DNA of 64,000 nucleotides from an uncultured delta proteobacterium (GTDB lineage Bacteria; Desulfobacterota; Syntrophorhabdia; Syntrophorhabdales; WCHB1-27): NCBI GenBank assembly GCA_963816715.1, contig CAWFMJ010000015.1, positions 290,108 to 354,107 of the forward strand, read 5' to 3'. Shown piece by piece: positions 54,877 to 64,000 of this stretch (position 1 is its first letter; each line of letters starts with the position of its first letter). The notes under the pieces were generated by a model. It saw only the letters and a program-made list of their open reading frames with translations, ran no database searches and was not told where the DNA came from. The position numbers and the translations under genes were made by a program.

Positions 54877-57285
54877 ATGTGGGAAGATGAAACATTGAAA
54901 GTGCCGGAGACGCTCCCCTTGCTCCCGGTGAGGGACATGGTGATGTATCCGGCGGTTACCCTTCCGCTTTTTCTGGGAAGAGAGATGTCGATAAACGCGG
55001 TGGAGAAATCGCTGTCGCAGGACAGATTGATTGTGGTCGCCGCCCAAAAAGACTTGACCGACGAGGACCCGCTCCCTGCGAAGATCTACTCCATGGGGGT
55101 GGTCTCTCAGATCATGCGGATGCTCCGTCTTCCTGACGGTAGGATAAAGATCCTCGTCCAGGGGCTGAAAAAAGCCCGAATCGAAGAGTATGTGCAGGAA
55201 CGACCCACTTTTCTCGTGCGCATCAAGACGGTAGAAGAGCCGCTCATAACCGAGATCACCCTGGAGACGGAAGCGCTCATGCGCTATATCAGGGAACAGA
55301 TGGAGAAAGTAGTCTCCATGGGGAGGATGGTCCCCTCTGATGTGCTCCTTGTCCTCGACACCATAGACGAGCCGGGAAAATTCGCCGACGTCGCCTGCGC
55401 GAATCTCGGGCTCCAGGTGGACAAAGCGCAGGAGCTTCTGGAGATCGTCGATCCCATCGAGCGGCTGCGGAAGCTCTCCGAGATCGTCGGCAAGGAGATC
55501 GAGCTGCTCAACATGCAGGCGAAGATCCTCTCTCAGGCCAAGGACGAGATGACCAAAAGCCAGAGGGAGTATTTTCTGAGGGAGCAGATCAAGGCGATCC
55601 GGTCGGAGCTTGGCGAGACGGACGAGCGCGACGAGGACGTGAAGGACCTGCGCAAGAAGATCAAGAAAGCGAAAATGCCGCGCGAGGTAGAGAAAGAGGC
55701 AAAGAAGCAGGTCGAGCGCCTCGAGATGATGCACCCCGACGCCATCGAGTCGTCCATGCTCAGGACCTATATCGAGTGGCTCGTGGAGCTGCCGTGGAGC
55801 AATTCCACCAAGGACAACATCGACATAAAGAACGTGAAGGCCGTCCTCGACGAGGACCACTACGGCCTGGACAAGGTGAAGGAAAGGATTCTGGAGTTCC
55901 TCAGCGTCGTGAAGCTGAAAGGCGAGATGAAAGGTCCCATCCTCTGCTTCGTGGGCCCTCCCGGCGTTGGCAAGACATCGCTGGGCCACAGCATCGCCCG
56001 CGCCCTCGGCCGGAGCTTCCAGCGCATCTCCCTGGGCGGCATGAAAGATGAAGCGGAAATACGCGGTCACCGGAGGACCTACGTCGGGGCCATGCCGGGC
56101 AGGATCATGCAGGGCCTGAAGCAAGGCGGAACGAACAACCCCGTCTTCATGCTCGACGAAGTCGACAAGATCGGCATGGACTTCAGGGGCGACCCGGCAA
56201 GCGCGCTTCTCGAAGTGCTCGATCCCGAGCAGAACATCGCCTTCAGCGATCACTACCTGAACGTGCCCTTCGACCTTTCAAAGGTCATGTTCATCACCAC
56301 CGCCAACCAGGTCGACACTATTCCCTCGGCGCTTCACGACCGGATGGAGACCATCGCCATTCCCGGATACACCGAGCGGGAGAAGCTGCTCATTGCCAAA
56401 CGCTATCTTATCCCCAAACAGATTAACGAGAACGGACTCGCAAAAGGCGCGTTGACCTTTACCGACAAGGCCGTTTCGACGATCATCTCCGGCTACACGA
56501 GAGAAGCTGGTCTCAGAAACCTGGAGCGGGAAATAGCGTCGGTGGCGCGCAAGGCGGCGCGCAAATTCGCCGAAGGGTCCGACAGGAAGATCATTGCGAC
56601 GCCGAAAAATCTTCATGCCATGCTGGGCCAGCCGAAGTTTCTGGACGAAAACACCCTGACCGAGGATATGGTCGGGGTCGTCTGCGGCCTCGCCTGGACG
56701 GAAGCCGGGGGGGACCTGCTTTTCATCGAGGCATTGGCGCGGAAAGGCAAAAGAGAGCTGCTTCTCACGGGCAACATGGGAAACGTGATGAAAGAATCGG
56801 CTCAGGCAGCGCTCAGCTTCATCAAGACGCGGAGCAAAGCCCTTGGCATAGACGACGCAATATTCGAAGAGCTGGAGATCCACGTCCACGTGCCTCAGGG
56901 AGCGATCCCCAAAGACGGTCCTTCGGCGGGCATAACCATGGCCGTCGCCATAGCGAGCGCTTTGACGGGTAGGCCCGTGGACAAAAAGGTTGCAATGACG
57001 GGCGAGATTACCCTTACCGGCCGCGTTCTTCCCATCGGCGGCTTGAAGGAGAAAACGCTGGCGGCGCTCCGGGCGGGAATAGCCAGGGTGCTTATCCCCT
57101 GGGAAAACGTCCGGGAACTGGAAGAGATGCCTTCCTACGTGAAGAGACGGCTCGAGTTTGTGCCGGTAAAGAACATGGAGGAAGTCTTCGACGCGCTGCA
57201 TCTCACGGCGCCTGAAAAACCAAAGAAAAGGGAGTCAAAGAAAGTCCTTGACCGCGAAAGAAGCCTCCTTCTACGAAAAGCGTGA
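54877..57285 (+). CDS. lon: ATP-dependent Lon protease.
   Basis: The Lon N domain is '[13 protein letters not shown]'. The AAA+ Walker A is 'GPPGVGKTS'. The protease Ser is in '[19 protein letters not shown]'. RBS GGAGG. Confidence 0.9.
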   Translation: MWEDETLKVPETLPLLPVRDMVMYPAVTLPLFLGREMSINAVEKSLSQDRLIVVAAQKDLTDEDPLPAKIYSMGVVSQIMRMLRLPDGRIKILVQGLKKARIEEYVQERPTFLVRIKTVEEPLITEITLETEALMRYIREQMEKVVSMGRMVPSDVLLVLDTIDEPGKFADVACANLGLQVDKAQELLEIVDPIERLRKLSEIVGKEIELLNMQAKILSQAKDEMTKSQREYFLREQIKAIRSELGETDERDEDVKDLRKKIKKAKMPREVEKEAKKQVERLEMMHPDAIESSMLRTYIEWLVELPWSNSTKDNIDIKNVKAVLDEDHYGLDKVKERILEFLSVVKLKGEMKGPILCFVGPPGVGKTSLGHSIARALGRSFQRISLGGMKDEAEIRGHRRTYVGAMPGRIMQGLKQGGTNNPVFMLDEVDKIGMDFRGDPASALLEVLDPEQNIAFSDHYLNVPFDLSKVMFITTANQVDTIPSALHDRMETIAIPGYTEREKLLIAKRYLIPKQINENGLAKGALTFTDKAVSTIISGYTREAGLRNLEREIASVARKAARKFAEGSDRKIIATPKNLHAMLGQPKFLDENTLTEDMVGVVCGLAWTEAGGDLLFIEALARKGKRELLLTGNMGNVMKESAQAALSFIKTRSKALGIDDAIFEELEIHVHVPQGAIPKDGPSAGITMAVAIASALTGRPVDKKVAMTGEITLTGRVLPIGGLKEKTLAALRAGIARVLIPWENVRELEEMPSYVKRRLEFVPVKNMEEVFDALHLTAPEKPKKRESKKVLDRERSLLLRKA

Positions 57286-58267
57286 CGGAAGAAAAACTGC
57301 CTGTTTTCTCTGCAGACACCACTGTGTAATCCCTGACGGAAAGCGGGGGCTCTGCTGCGTCAGGGAGAACCGGGGAGGCACGCTCTATACGCTCGTTTAC
57401 GGCGTCCCCTGCTCCTGGCATGCGGACCCGGTGGAAAAGAAGCCGCTCTTCCATTTCTTCCCCGGTTCAAAAGCATTTTCCATCGCCACCGTGGGCTGCA
57501 ACTTCCGGTGTCTCCATTGCCAGAATCACGATATCTCTCAGGTCGCGCCCGACGAAGAGCAGATCGCGGGCTACCCCACGACGCCTGAAGCGGCCGTCGC
57601 TATGGCCCTGGAATCGGGGTGCAAGAGCATCTCCTACACCTATACAGAACCCACCATGTTCTACGAGTACGCTTTCGATATGGCGAAACTCGCCCATGAG
57701 GCGGGCCTCTACAACAATTTCGTCACCAACGGCTATATCGAAGCAGAACCGCTTGATGCCATACGCCCGTACCTGGATGCGGCAAACATCGATCTCAAGG
57801 GTTTTTCCGCGGGGTTCTACAAGAAGGTCTGCGGCGCGCGGCTCGAAGGCGTGCTTGAATCGATAAAGCATTACAAATCCTTAGGCGTCTGGATCGAGCT
57901 GACCACCCTGGTTATCCCGAAATACAACGACAGCGACGAGGAATTTGAAAAGATCGCGGCCTTCATACGGGATGAGACAGGCGTCGAGACGCCCTGGCAC
58001 GTAAGCGCCTTCTATCCCACCTACCGGCTCCGGGACAGCTTTCCCACCCCGCCGGAAACGCTCGTGCGGGCGCGGGAAATAGGACTCGCGGCCGGACTGA
58101 AATACGTCTACACGGGGAACGTTCCCGGTCTCGACGGGGAGAACACCTACTGCTGGAACTGCAAGAAAGCCGTCATCAGAAGGCGGGGCTTCACTGTCTC
58201 CGACTACCAGATTGAAGCAGGGCAGTGCCGGTTCTGCAACGCCAAAATAGATGGAGTGGGACTCTGA
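57248..58267 (+). CDS. AmmeMemoRadiSam-system radical SAM enzyme.
   Basis: 'CFLCRHHCVIPDGKRGLCCVREN...ATVGCNFRCLHCQN'. It has a TTG start and overlaps the end of lon. Confidence 0.75.
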   Translation: MTAKEASFYEKRDGRKTACFLCRHHCVIPDGKRGLCCVRENRGGTLYTLVYGVPCSWHADPVEKKPLFHFFPGSKAFSIATVGCNFRCLHCQNHDISQVAPDEEQIAGYPTTPEAAVAMALESGCKSISYTYTEPTMFYEYAFDMAKLAHEAGLYNNFVTNGYIEAEPLDAIRPYLDAANIDLKGFSAGFYKKVCGARLEGVLESIKHYKSLGVWIELTTLVIPKYNDSDEEFEKIAAFIRDETGVETPWHVSAFYPTYRLRDSFPTPPETLVRAREIGLAAGLKYVYTGNVPGLDGENTYCWNCKKAVIRRRGFTVSDYQIEAGQCRFCNAKIDGVGL

Positions 58268-58317
58268 CGAACGGGGCGCTGAGCCTTTAGGACTTGCCGA
58301 AAAAACAGGACCTCTGC

Positions 58318-58572
58318 CTATCCCTGTTTTTTCGGGTAGCGCGTGTCATCGTAATTGAGGGTCTTGAGCTTATCGGCGATTCTATAGAGGGCTCCTTTGG
58401 TCTTTCCCTCTTTCACGACCGCGCCCCTCCAGATTAGCTTTCTCACCAGCTTGTTCAGGTTCTGACGCGAAAACCCGAAAAACTTGCATATCTCCCTGCC
58501 CGACGCTATCTTCCTTTTTCTCAGATATTTCAGTACCTTATTTTCTGTCCCCATACTCTGATTATGGTTCAT
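58318..58572 (-). CDS. Small winged-helix DNA-binding protein.
   Basis: 'KVLKYLRKRKIASGREICKFFGFSRQNLNKLVRKLIWRGAVVKEG'. Confidence 0.5.
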   Translation of the reverse strand: MNHNQSMGTENKVLKYLRKRKIASGREICKFFGFSRQNLNKLVRKLIWRGAVVKEGKTKGALYRIADKLKTLNYDDTRYPKKQG

Positions 58573-58792
58573 CCGACAAAATTGTCAACACCAGCGGAGT
58601 GAGAAAATTCACGAATTATTAAAAAAAACCGGGCCACGGTCTCCCTCTCCCGGCAAAGGCAACCTCCCCGCGCGACCCCTCCACTCACGGCCGCAGGGGG
58701 CCCTCCCTCTTATCCGGTCCCGACCTGCGTGTGATAGAGACACCAACAGAAAAAACGTCCCTCTCTAATGGGGAACAAAGAAGAGGACCGCT

Positions 58793-59947
58793 TCAGCAGC
58801 GAGTGCGCGCCTTGGCGATCTGGTCCATGGCAGCGATGGCTTGATCGATGTCGTCTTCCGTGTTGAATGGTCCGATGCTGAAGCGCACGCCGCCATATGG
58901 CGCCGTGCCAAGGCTTTCATGCACAAGGGGGGCGCAGTGAAGTCCCACGCGCACCGCAATCTCGAAATCGCCGTCCAGAATCGCCCCCACCTTTCCCGGG
59001 TCCATGCCTTCTATGTTGGCCGTAAGCAGCCCGACATGCTCGCTCAGGTCGTCCGCGCAATAAAGACGGACGCCGTCGATGCGGCTCAGGCCGTCGCGCA
59101 GTTTCGTGAGAAGCGCCATTTCACGATGATGTATCGACTCCGGAGTTTCCCTTTCGAGAAAGTCGAGGGCTTCGCAAAGTCCCATGATCCCCATGATGTT
59201 GAGGGTCCCGCACTCCAGCCTATGGGGGAAGGTGTCCGTGTGCGCCAGGCTGATGGAGTCGATGCCCGTGCCGCCGAACCTCACCGGCTCGATCTGCGCT
59301 TCCCGGCTCAGCAGGAGCCCGCCCGTGCCGGTAGGGCCGAGCATCGACTTGTGGCCGGTAAAGGCGACGGCCGCGACCTTCCAGGCGGTCATGTCGATGG
59401 GGACAACGCCGGCCGTTTGGGCCGCATCGATCACCAAAGGCACGCCGCGCTCTGCGCAAAGCCGGCCGATCTCGCTTACCCGTTGGACTGTCCCCAGCAC
59501 ATTCGACGCGTGGTTCACAACCACAAGCCTCGTGTTCGGCCTCAGCGCAGCCGCGATGGCCGCCGGGTCGGCAAAGCCTTTTCCATCGAAGGGCACGAGG
59601 TCATATTCGATAAGAGACTTGAGGCGCAGATGATAAAGGGGCCGCAGCACGGAATTGTGCTCCAGCCGGGTGGAAACAACGTGGTCCCCCGGCTTGAGCA
59701 TCCCTTGGAGGGCCACGTTGAGCGCATCCGTTGCATTGCTGGTGAAAATAACCCTGTCTGGGTCAGGCGCCCCGAAAAACCTTGCCGTTCTTTTCCTGGC
59801 CTCGGCGACGCAGCCTTCCGCTTCCGTCGCAAGATCGTAGCTTCCCCGGCCGGGCGAAACTCCCGTCCTGAGGTAGGTTTCCACCATGTTGCGAAAAATT
59901 TCTGCGGGTTTTGGGAAGGTCGTCGCCGCGTTATCCAGATAAACCAT
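58793..59947 (-). CDS. Class-V aminotransferase / cysteine desulfurase family PLP enzyme.
   Basis: 'MVYLDNAATTFPKP...' and a PLP-Lys region ('FTGHKSMLGPTGTGGL'). Confidence 0.75.
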   Translation of the reverse strand: MVYLDNAATTFPKPAEIFRNMVETYLRTGVSPGRGSYDLATEAEGCVAEARKRTARFFGAPDPDRVIFTSNATDALNVALQGMLKPGDHVVSTRLEHNSVLRPLYHLRLKSLIEYDLVPFDGKGFADPAAIAAALRPNTRLVVVNHASNVLGTVQRVSEIGRLCAERGVPLVIDAAQTAGVVPIDMTAWKVAAVAFTGHKSMLGPTGTGGLLLSREAQIEPVRFGGTGIDSISLAHTDTFPHRLECGTLNIMGIMGLCEALDFLERETPESIHHREMALLTKLRDGLSRIDGVRLYCADDLSEHVGLLTANIEGMDPGKVGAILDGDFEIAVRVGLHCAPLVHESLGTAPYGGVRFSIGPFNTEDDIDQAIAAMDQIAKARTRC

Positions 59948-59965
59948 CTTGCTCGCCGCTTCCTG

Positions 59966-60328
59966 TTACCCTCCGCACATCCTGGGGTTGGGCAGCCCCG
60001 CCATGCGGCGCGCGCCCCGGCGGATTCCTTCCGGGAAAACGCATTCGAGCTCCATCACGCTCATGCCTAAGCCCGCCTTCAGGTCCCGGTTCAGGGGCGC
60101 CCGGCCGTGATAGAAGAAATATTCCCTGAAAAATTTAATCAGCCGCCATTGCAGCTCGGACAGCGTTTCGATGCCTGACTCCGCTGCCATGGCGGCGGCT
60201 ACCTGCTCCGTCCAGTCCTCAGGGCGCCAAAGGAAGCCCTCCTTATCGAGGAGGACTTCCTTTCCGCCCAATACGCGAACTTGCTGTCCGAGGCTCGCGT
60301 CGAGATAATGAGCACTACCGTTCTCCAT
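59966..60328 (-). CDS. TusE/DsrC-family sulfur relay protein.
   Basis: The C-terminal motif 'AGLPNPRMCGG' matches AGLPKPxxC of the DsrC/TusE family. Confidence 0.65.
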   Translation of the reverse strand: MENGSAHYLDASLGQQVRVLGGKEVLLDKEGFLWRPEDWTEQVAAAMAAESGIETLSELQWRLIKFFREYFFYHGRAPLNRDLKAGLGMSVMELECVFPEGIRRGARRMAGLPNPRMCGG

Positions 60329-60351
60329 GAAGCAAGATCCGTCAAACTCCC

Positions 60352-63006
60352 TTACTTTTTCGCCGCCAGAGCCGCCTTGATCTTCTCCGGGGTCGCCGGC
60401 AGATTGTAAACCCTAGCGCCGCACGCGTCATAGATGGCGTTGATGACGGCCGGCGCCGTGCAGACCATGGTCATCTCGCCGACGCCGACAGCCCCGAGGG
60501 GTCCTTGTTTCCTCGGGTGCTCATTGATGATCACGTCCATATCGAAGACGGTTTTCATGGTAGGGAACTTGAAGCTCGTCCAGTCCTTCGTGACGCCATG
60601 GATGTATTCCTCTCGCAAAGCATAGCCGACGCCCTGATCCATGCCGCCGTGGAACTGGCCGATGACGTTGTTCGGGTTGAGGACTTTGCCCGGGTCGACC
60701 GCGGTGGTTACCCGGATGACCTTCACCTGACCGGTCTCGGTGTTGACCTCCACCTCCGCCATCTGTATGGCATGGACCCGCGACTCGAAGGAAGGTCCCT
60801 GGCCGGTTTCCGGATCGAGATGGCCTTCCACGGTCTGCTTCGAGCCCATGAAGCGGGTCGGTTTCCCGGCCTTTTTCATCTCTTCGTAGTTCGATGCGCC
60901 TGCTTCCTTCATTGCCTTCTTCATCGCTTCTATGGCCAGAATGAGCGAGCCCCCCGCCATGTAGGTCATCCTGCTCGCCGCGGCGGGTCCCATGCCCGGC
61001 GTACGATCGGTATCGCGGGTGATAAGGCGGATCTTCTCCATGGGGATGCCGGTGCACTGAGCGGCGATCTGGGTGAGCATCGAATCGTTCCCCTCGCCGG
61101 GGTCGGCTACGGCGCAGGAGACGGTCAAGCCGCCGTCAGCCTCCATATCGACGATAACCCGGCCCGCGTCGCTCGGTCCCCCGATGCCGAAGGAGTGAGT
61201 CCCTATGCCGACGCCCCGCTTGACGACGCCGTCTTTGAAGGCCGCCGCCTCTTTCTTCGCCCGCTCATAGGTAGACTTTACAGCATCGCAGAGCTCGACA
61301 AAATACCACTCGTCGTACACGTGTCCCGTGGAACAGCTCTGACCGGGCTGAAGCGAGTTGATCCGCCGGAACTCCAGAGGATCCATGCCGATCTTTTCGG
61401 CCAGCATATCCATGGCCGACTCCAGCGCAAAGGTAATCTGGGGAGGTCCCGCGCCCCGAGCCGCGCCGCCGGCAGGGTTGTTCGTGTAGACGAGGCGGGC
61501 GAGCACATTGACGTTGGGAATGTCGTAGGAGCCGGAGAGCATCCAGAGCGAGCGCATGACCACGTAGCCGCCGATCACCATGTACGCGCCGTTGTCGACA
61601 AGATAGTCGATCTCGATCGCGGTCAGCTTGCCGTTCTTGTCCGCCCCCAGGCGCGTCTTCATGTGGAAGGGGTGCCGCTTGGTCGAAACGAGCAGCGATT
61701 CGGCAAGGCTGGGGACATACCGGACCGCCCGCCTGAAGTGGAGCGCCGCGGCGCCCGCGACAGCCTCCGTATTCATGGCCGACTTCTGGCCGAACTGTCC
61801 GCCCGAGTAAGGCTCTTCATAGCGGACGTTCTCATACCCCAGGGCTTCCTGCAGGTTGGCCATGTGCATATGGATCTCTATGCTCCTGCCCGCAACCACC
61901 AACTGGGCGTCCTCTCCCTCGCCTTCCATGAAGGCGACGCTCACTTCCGGTTCAAGCGGCGCCTGATGGTTGCATTGGGTGGTGAAATAGCCCTCGACAA
62001 CCGCTGCCGATTCGGCAAACGCTTTTGCCGCATCGCCCTTTATCTGAGGCTGGCGGAAGCAGAGGTTCGGCATATCGGCGTGTATCTGGACCGCCCCGTC
62101 AGCGAGGCCTTCCTCAGGAGAGCCGATAACGGGCAACGGCTCGTATTCCACCTTGACGGCGGCTGCCGCGGCGAGGGCTTCTTTTTGGGTGCGGGCCGCG
62201 ATGATGGCGATGGCATCGCCGAGACACTGCACTTTATCCTCCGCAAGGAGAGGCTGATCGCCAACCATTATCTTGATTCGGTTCGTCCCCTTGATGTCCT
62301 TCCGGGTCATCACGCCGACAACGCCCGGCATCTTCTCCGCAGCGGACGTATCCAGGGATTTGATCCGCGCGTGGGCTTCGGTGCTGCGGGTCACTGCCAA
62401 TTCCAGCGGATCCTGGAGCTGGATATCGGCGCCGAACTGCGCCAGGCCGCACGCCTTGAGCAAGCCCGACGGACGTGGATGGGAAACGCCGATGATGGGA
62501 CCGTTCGGATCGGGCCGCACTGCGTCGGGCGTGGTCTCGCCCCTCAGGAACCGGGAAGCAAGCTGAACGGCTTCGATGATCTTTACATATCCCGTGCAGC
62601 GGCAGAGGTTATGCTCAAGGGCCTTCTTGATCTCGTCGACGGACGGATTGGGATTCCGGTCGAGAAGGGCCTTTGCGGCCATGATCATGCCGGGGGTGCA
62701 AAAACCGCACTGGACTGCCCCCGAAAGCACGAAAGCCTCCTGGATCAAGTGCGGGTTTGCCGGCGTGCCGAGGCCTTCGACGGTGATTACTTCCGCGCCG
62801 TCGAGGTTGGCCACTTTCTGGAGACAAGATCGAACTGTTTTGCCGTTCACGATGACCGTACAGGCGCCGCACTGCCCTTTGCGGTCGCACGACTGTTTTG
62901 CCCCGGTCAACCGCAAGTCTTCCCTGAGCAAATCGAGAAGCACACGGTCCGGTTCGACAACGAATTGTCGAGAACTTCCGTTCACCTTCAGCGTCACTCT
63001 TTTCAT
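60352..63006 (-). CDS. Molybdopterin aldehyde oxidoreductase (xanthine-dehydrogenase family, Mop/AOR-type) with an N-terminal double [2Fe-2S] domain.
   Basis: 'CDRKGQCGACTVIVNGKTVRSC...GFCTPGMIM...CRCTGY' is the 2Fe-2S signature. 884 aa, with the Mo-cofactor domain following. Confidence 0.85.
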   Translation of the reverse strand: MKRVTLKVNGSSRQFVVEPDRVLLDLLREDLRLTGAKQSCDRKGQCGACTVIVNGKTVRSCLQKVANLDGAEVITVEGLGTPANPHLIQEAFVLSGAVQCGFCTPGMIMAAKALLDRNPNPSVDEIKKALEHNLCRCTGYVKIIEAVQLASRFLRGETTPDAVRPDPNGPIIGVSHPRPSGLLKACGLAQFGADIQLQDPLELAVTRSTEAHARIKSLDTSAAEKMPGVVGVMTRKDIKGTNRIKIMVGDQPLLAEDKVQCLGDAIAIIAARTQKEALAAAAAVKVEYEPLPVIGSPEEGLADGAVQIHADMPNLCFRQPQIKGDAAKAFAESAAVVEGYFTTQCNHQAPLEPEVSVAFMEGEGEDAQLVVAGRSIEIHMHMANLQEALGYENVRYEEPYSGGQFGQKSAMNTEAVAGAAALHFRRAVRYVPSLAESLLVSTKRHPFHMKTRLGADKNGKLTAIEIDYLVDNGAYMVIGGYVVMRSLWMLSGSYDIPNVNVLARLVYTNNPAGGAARGAGPPQITFALESAMDMLAEKIGMDPLEFRRINSLQPGQSCSTGHVYDEWYFVELCDAVKSTYERAKKEAAAFKDGVVKRGVGIGTHSFGIGGPSDAGRVIVDMEADGGLTVSCAVADPGEGNDSMLTQIAAQCTGIPMEKIRLITRDTDRTPGMGPAAASRMTYMAGGSLILAIEAMKKAMKEAGASNYEEMKKAGKPTRFMGSKQTVEGHLDPETGQGPSFESRVHAIQMAEVEVNTETGQVKVIRVTTAVDPGKVLNPNNVIGQFHGGMDQGVGYALREEYIHGVTKDWTSFKFPTMKTVFDMDVIINEHPRKQGPLGAVGVGEMTMVCTAPAVINAIYDACGARVYNLPATPEKIKAALAAKK

Positions 63007-63040
63007 GTGTCTGCCCTCACCTTTTCTGAAATGGTCCGAC

Positions 63041-63080
63041 TTAATGCATCTTTTTATTCCTTAATGCATCTTTTTATTCC
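63041..63080. repeat. Perfect 20-bp tandem duplication (ttaatgcatctttttattcc x2) in the promoter region upstream of the aldehyde oxidoreductase gene.
   Basis: Read directly at 63041-63060 and 63061-63080. Confidence 0.9.
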
Positions 63081-63280
63081 TCGCTATTGCGTTGCTCGGC
63101 GTGGCTACATTATGACAGGAAAACCAAGCCCCCGTCAATGAAAAGTCAGCCACTGAACGGAACGCGGTTCCGCAAGACGGCAGAAATCCGAAGCATTCCT
63201 TCGAAGGGCAAGCGCCCCTCTGCTCTTGACAATAAGATGATTGCGGCGAAGACAACGGATATATGTAAAGAAGGACGGAG

Positions 63281-63664
63281 CTAGCAGCCCATATAGAACG
63301 GCGCTTCCACCAGCTCCACTTCCTCGCAGCCCGCTTCGGCCTTCTGGGCAAGAACGGAGAGAAGCCTTTGAAAACTATAGATGTGCCAGGGCCCGATGGA
63401 GCGCACCTTCTGCCGGTTCTCCCAGTCCCACGCGCTCGCCTCGGCGATGGTGCACGCCCTGCGCACTCCTGTCTCTTTGTCGAGAACGGTGAGGCTCATC
63501 CGATACTTCTTTCGTTCTCTTTCCCCGTCCTCCATCTTTGCCTCGTTCGAGTTCAACCGCAGCGTCTCTTGCTCATTCGGGTTTTCCTCTTGCCCTATCG
63601 TAGCATATGCCTGGCCGCACGGGCAAATTGAGATTTGCCGGGCAAGGATGCTCTTTTCTCCCAT
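63281..63664 (-). CDS. Hypothetical protein (127 aa).
   Basis: Open frame with coding-like composition. No recognisable motifs. Confidence 0.35.
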   Translation of the reverse strand: MGEKSILARQISICPCGQAYATIGQEENPNEQETLRLNSNEAKMEDGERERKKYRMSLTVLDKETGVRRACTIAEASAWDWENRQKVRSIGPWHIYSFQRLLSVLAQKAEAGCEEVELVEAPFYMGC

Positions 63665-63698
63665 AATGTGCTATAAGTATGAAATGGAACATGAGGCA

Positions 63699-64000
63699 AT
63701 GCCTTCCGGGCCGGGGAAAACGCCCCTTGTCGCGGTCGTGGACGACGACCCCGACATCATCGAGCTGGTCTCCGTGCATTTGAAGAAAACAGGCATGAAG
63801 GTAAGAGAATTTGTCGATGCCGACTCGTTCTATCGGTTCCTCCGGCAAGATACGCCGGACCTCGTGGTCCTCGACCTGATGCTCCCCGACGCAGACGGCG
63901 TGGAAGTGTGCAAATTCCTGCGAAAGAACGAGCGTCTCTCGGCCATTCCCATTATCATGCTCACCGCGCGAGCCGATGAGGTGGACAGGGTCCTCGGGCT
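63699..64000 (+). CDS. Response regulator receiver-domain protein (OmpR-type likely). Its 3' end is outside the window.
   Basis: 'LVAVVDDDPDIIELV...DLVVLDLMLPDADGVEVCKFLRK...PIIMLTARADEVDRVLG' is the canonical CheY-like receiver. Confidence 0.8.
   Translation, partial: MPSGPGKTPLVAVVDDDPDIIELVSVHLKKTGMKVREFVDADSFYRFLRQDTPDLVVLDLMLPDADGVEVCKFLRKNERLSAIPIIMLTARADEVDRVLG

Noticed and set aside
1-64000. CRISPR arrays, tRNA/rRNA genes, and a T1SS ABC transporter/TolC for the RTX protein.
   Set aside because: I saw no short regularly spaced direct repeats, no cloverleaf-like conserved tRNA segments, and no ABC ATPase (Walker A/B plus LSGGQ signature) in any frame of the window.

Overview
This is a high-GC bacterial chromosomal window. 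Its gene content (glutaconate CoA-transferase, EtfAB/FixCX, molybdo-aldehyde oxidoreductase, DsrC/TusE) suggests an anaerobic Deltaproteobacteria/Desulfobacterota-like host; that is inference. The first ~14.5 kb encodes one giant, Thr/Gly/Asn/Asp-rich, highly repetitive RTX-type adhesin-like protein. It enters the window already in frame, is >4,790 aa in-window, and is split by a -1 frameshift near 13.1 kb. Directly downstream, with its own sigma70-like promoter and a terminator hairpin, is a 7-gene-long operon (14.6-21.9 kb). It encodes a small conserved protein, a GAF-HlyD adaptor fusion, an M50 (site-2-protease-like)-HlyD fusion, a C-terminally truncated SecA-like ATPase and a short HlyD/RND-adaptor-like protein. 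No ABC transporter or TolC is present in the window. I regard this as a candidate novel dedicated secretion/processing apparatus for the giant adhesin. A visibly AT-richer island (about 21.9-30.6 kb) carries a kinase-like/cytidine-deaminase fusion that resembles antiphage dCTP deaminases. The same island holds a two-gene ubiquitin-like conjugation module (beta-grasp/E2-like protein plus JAB-E1 fusion), an XRE/ImmA pair, an IS5/IS1182-like transposase, an IS200-like fragment and a VapBC toxin-antitoxin pair. Further on are a flotillin gene, an EtfAB-FixCX-OYE-like reductase cluster, and a minimal mycofactocin-like module. That module is a 40-aa precursor ending VDGICGVY plus a radical-SAM/SPASM enzyme with an N-terminal MftB-like domain. 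Housekeeping genes follow (dinB, gctAB, recD2, thiDN-thiC, xseA, lon, an AmmeMemoRadiSam enzyme, a DsrC/TusE family protein and a Mop-type aldehyde oxidoreductase). No rRNA, tRNA or CRISPR array was found.
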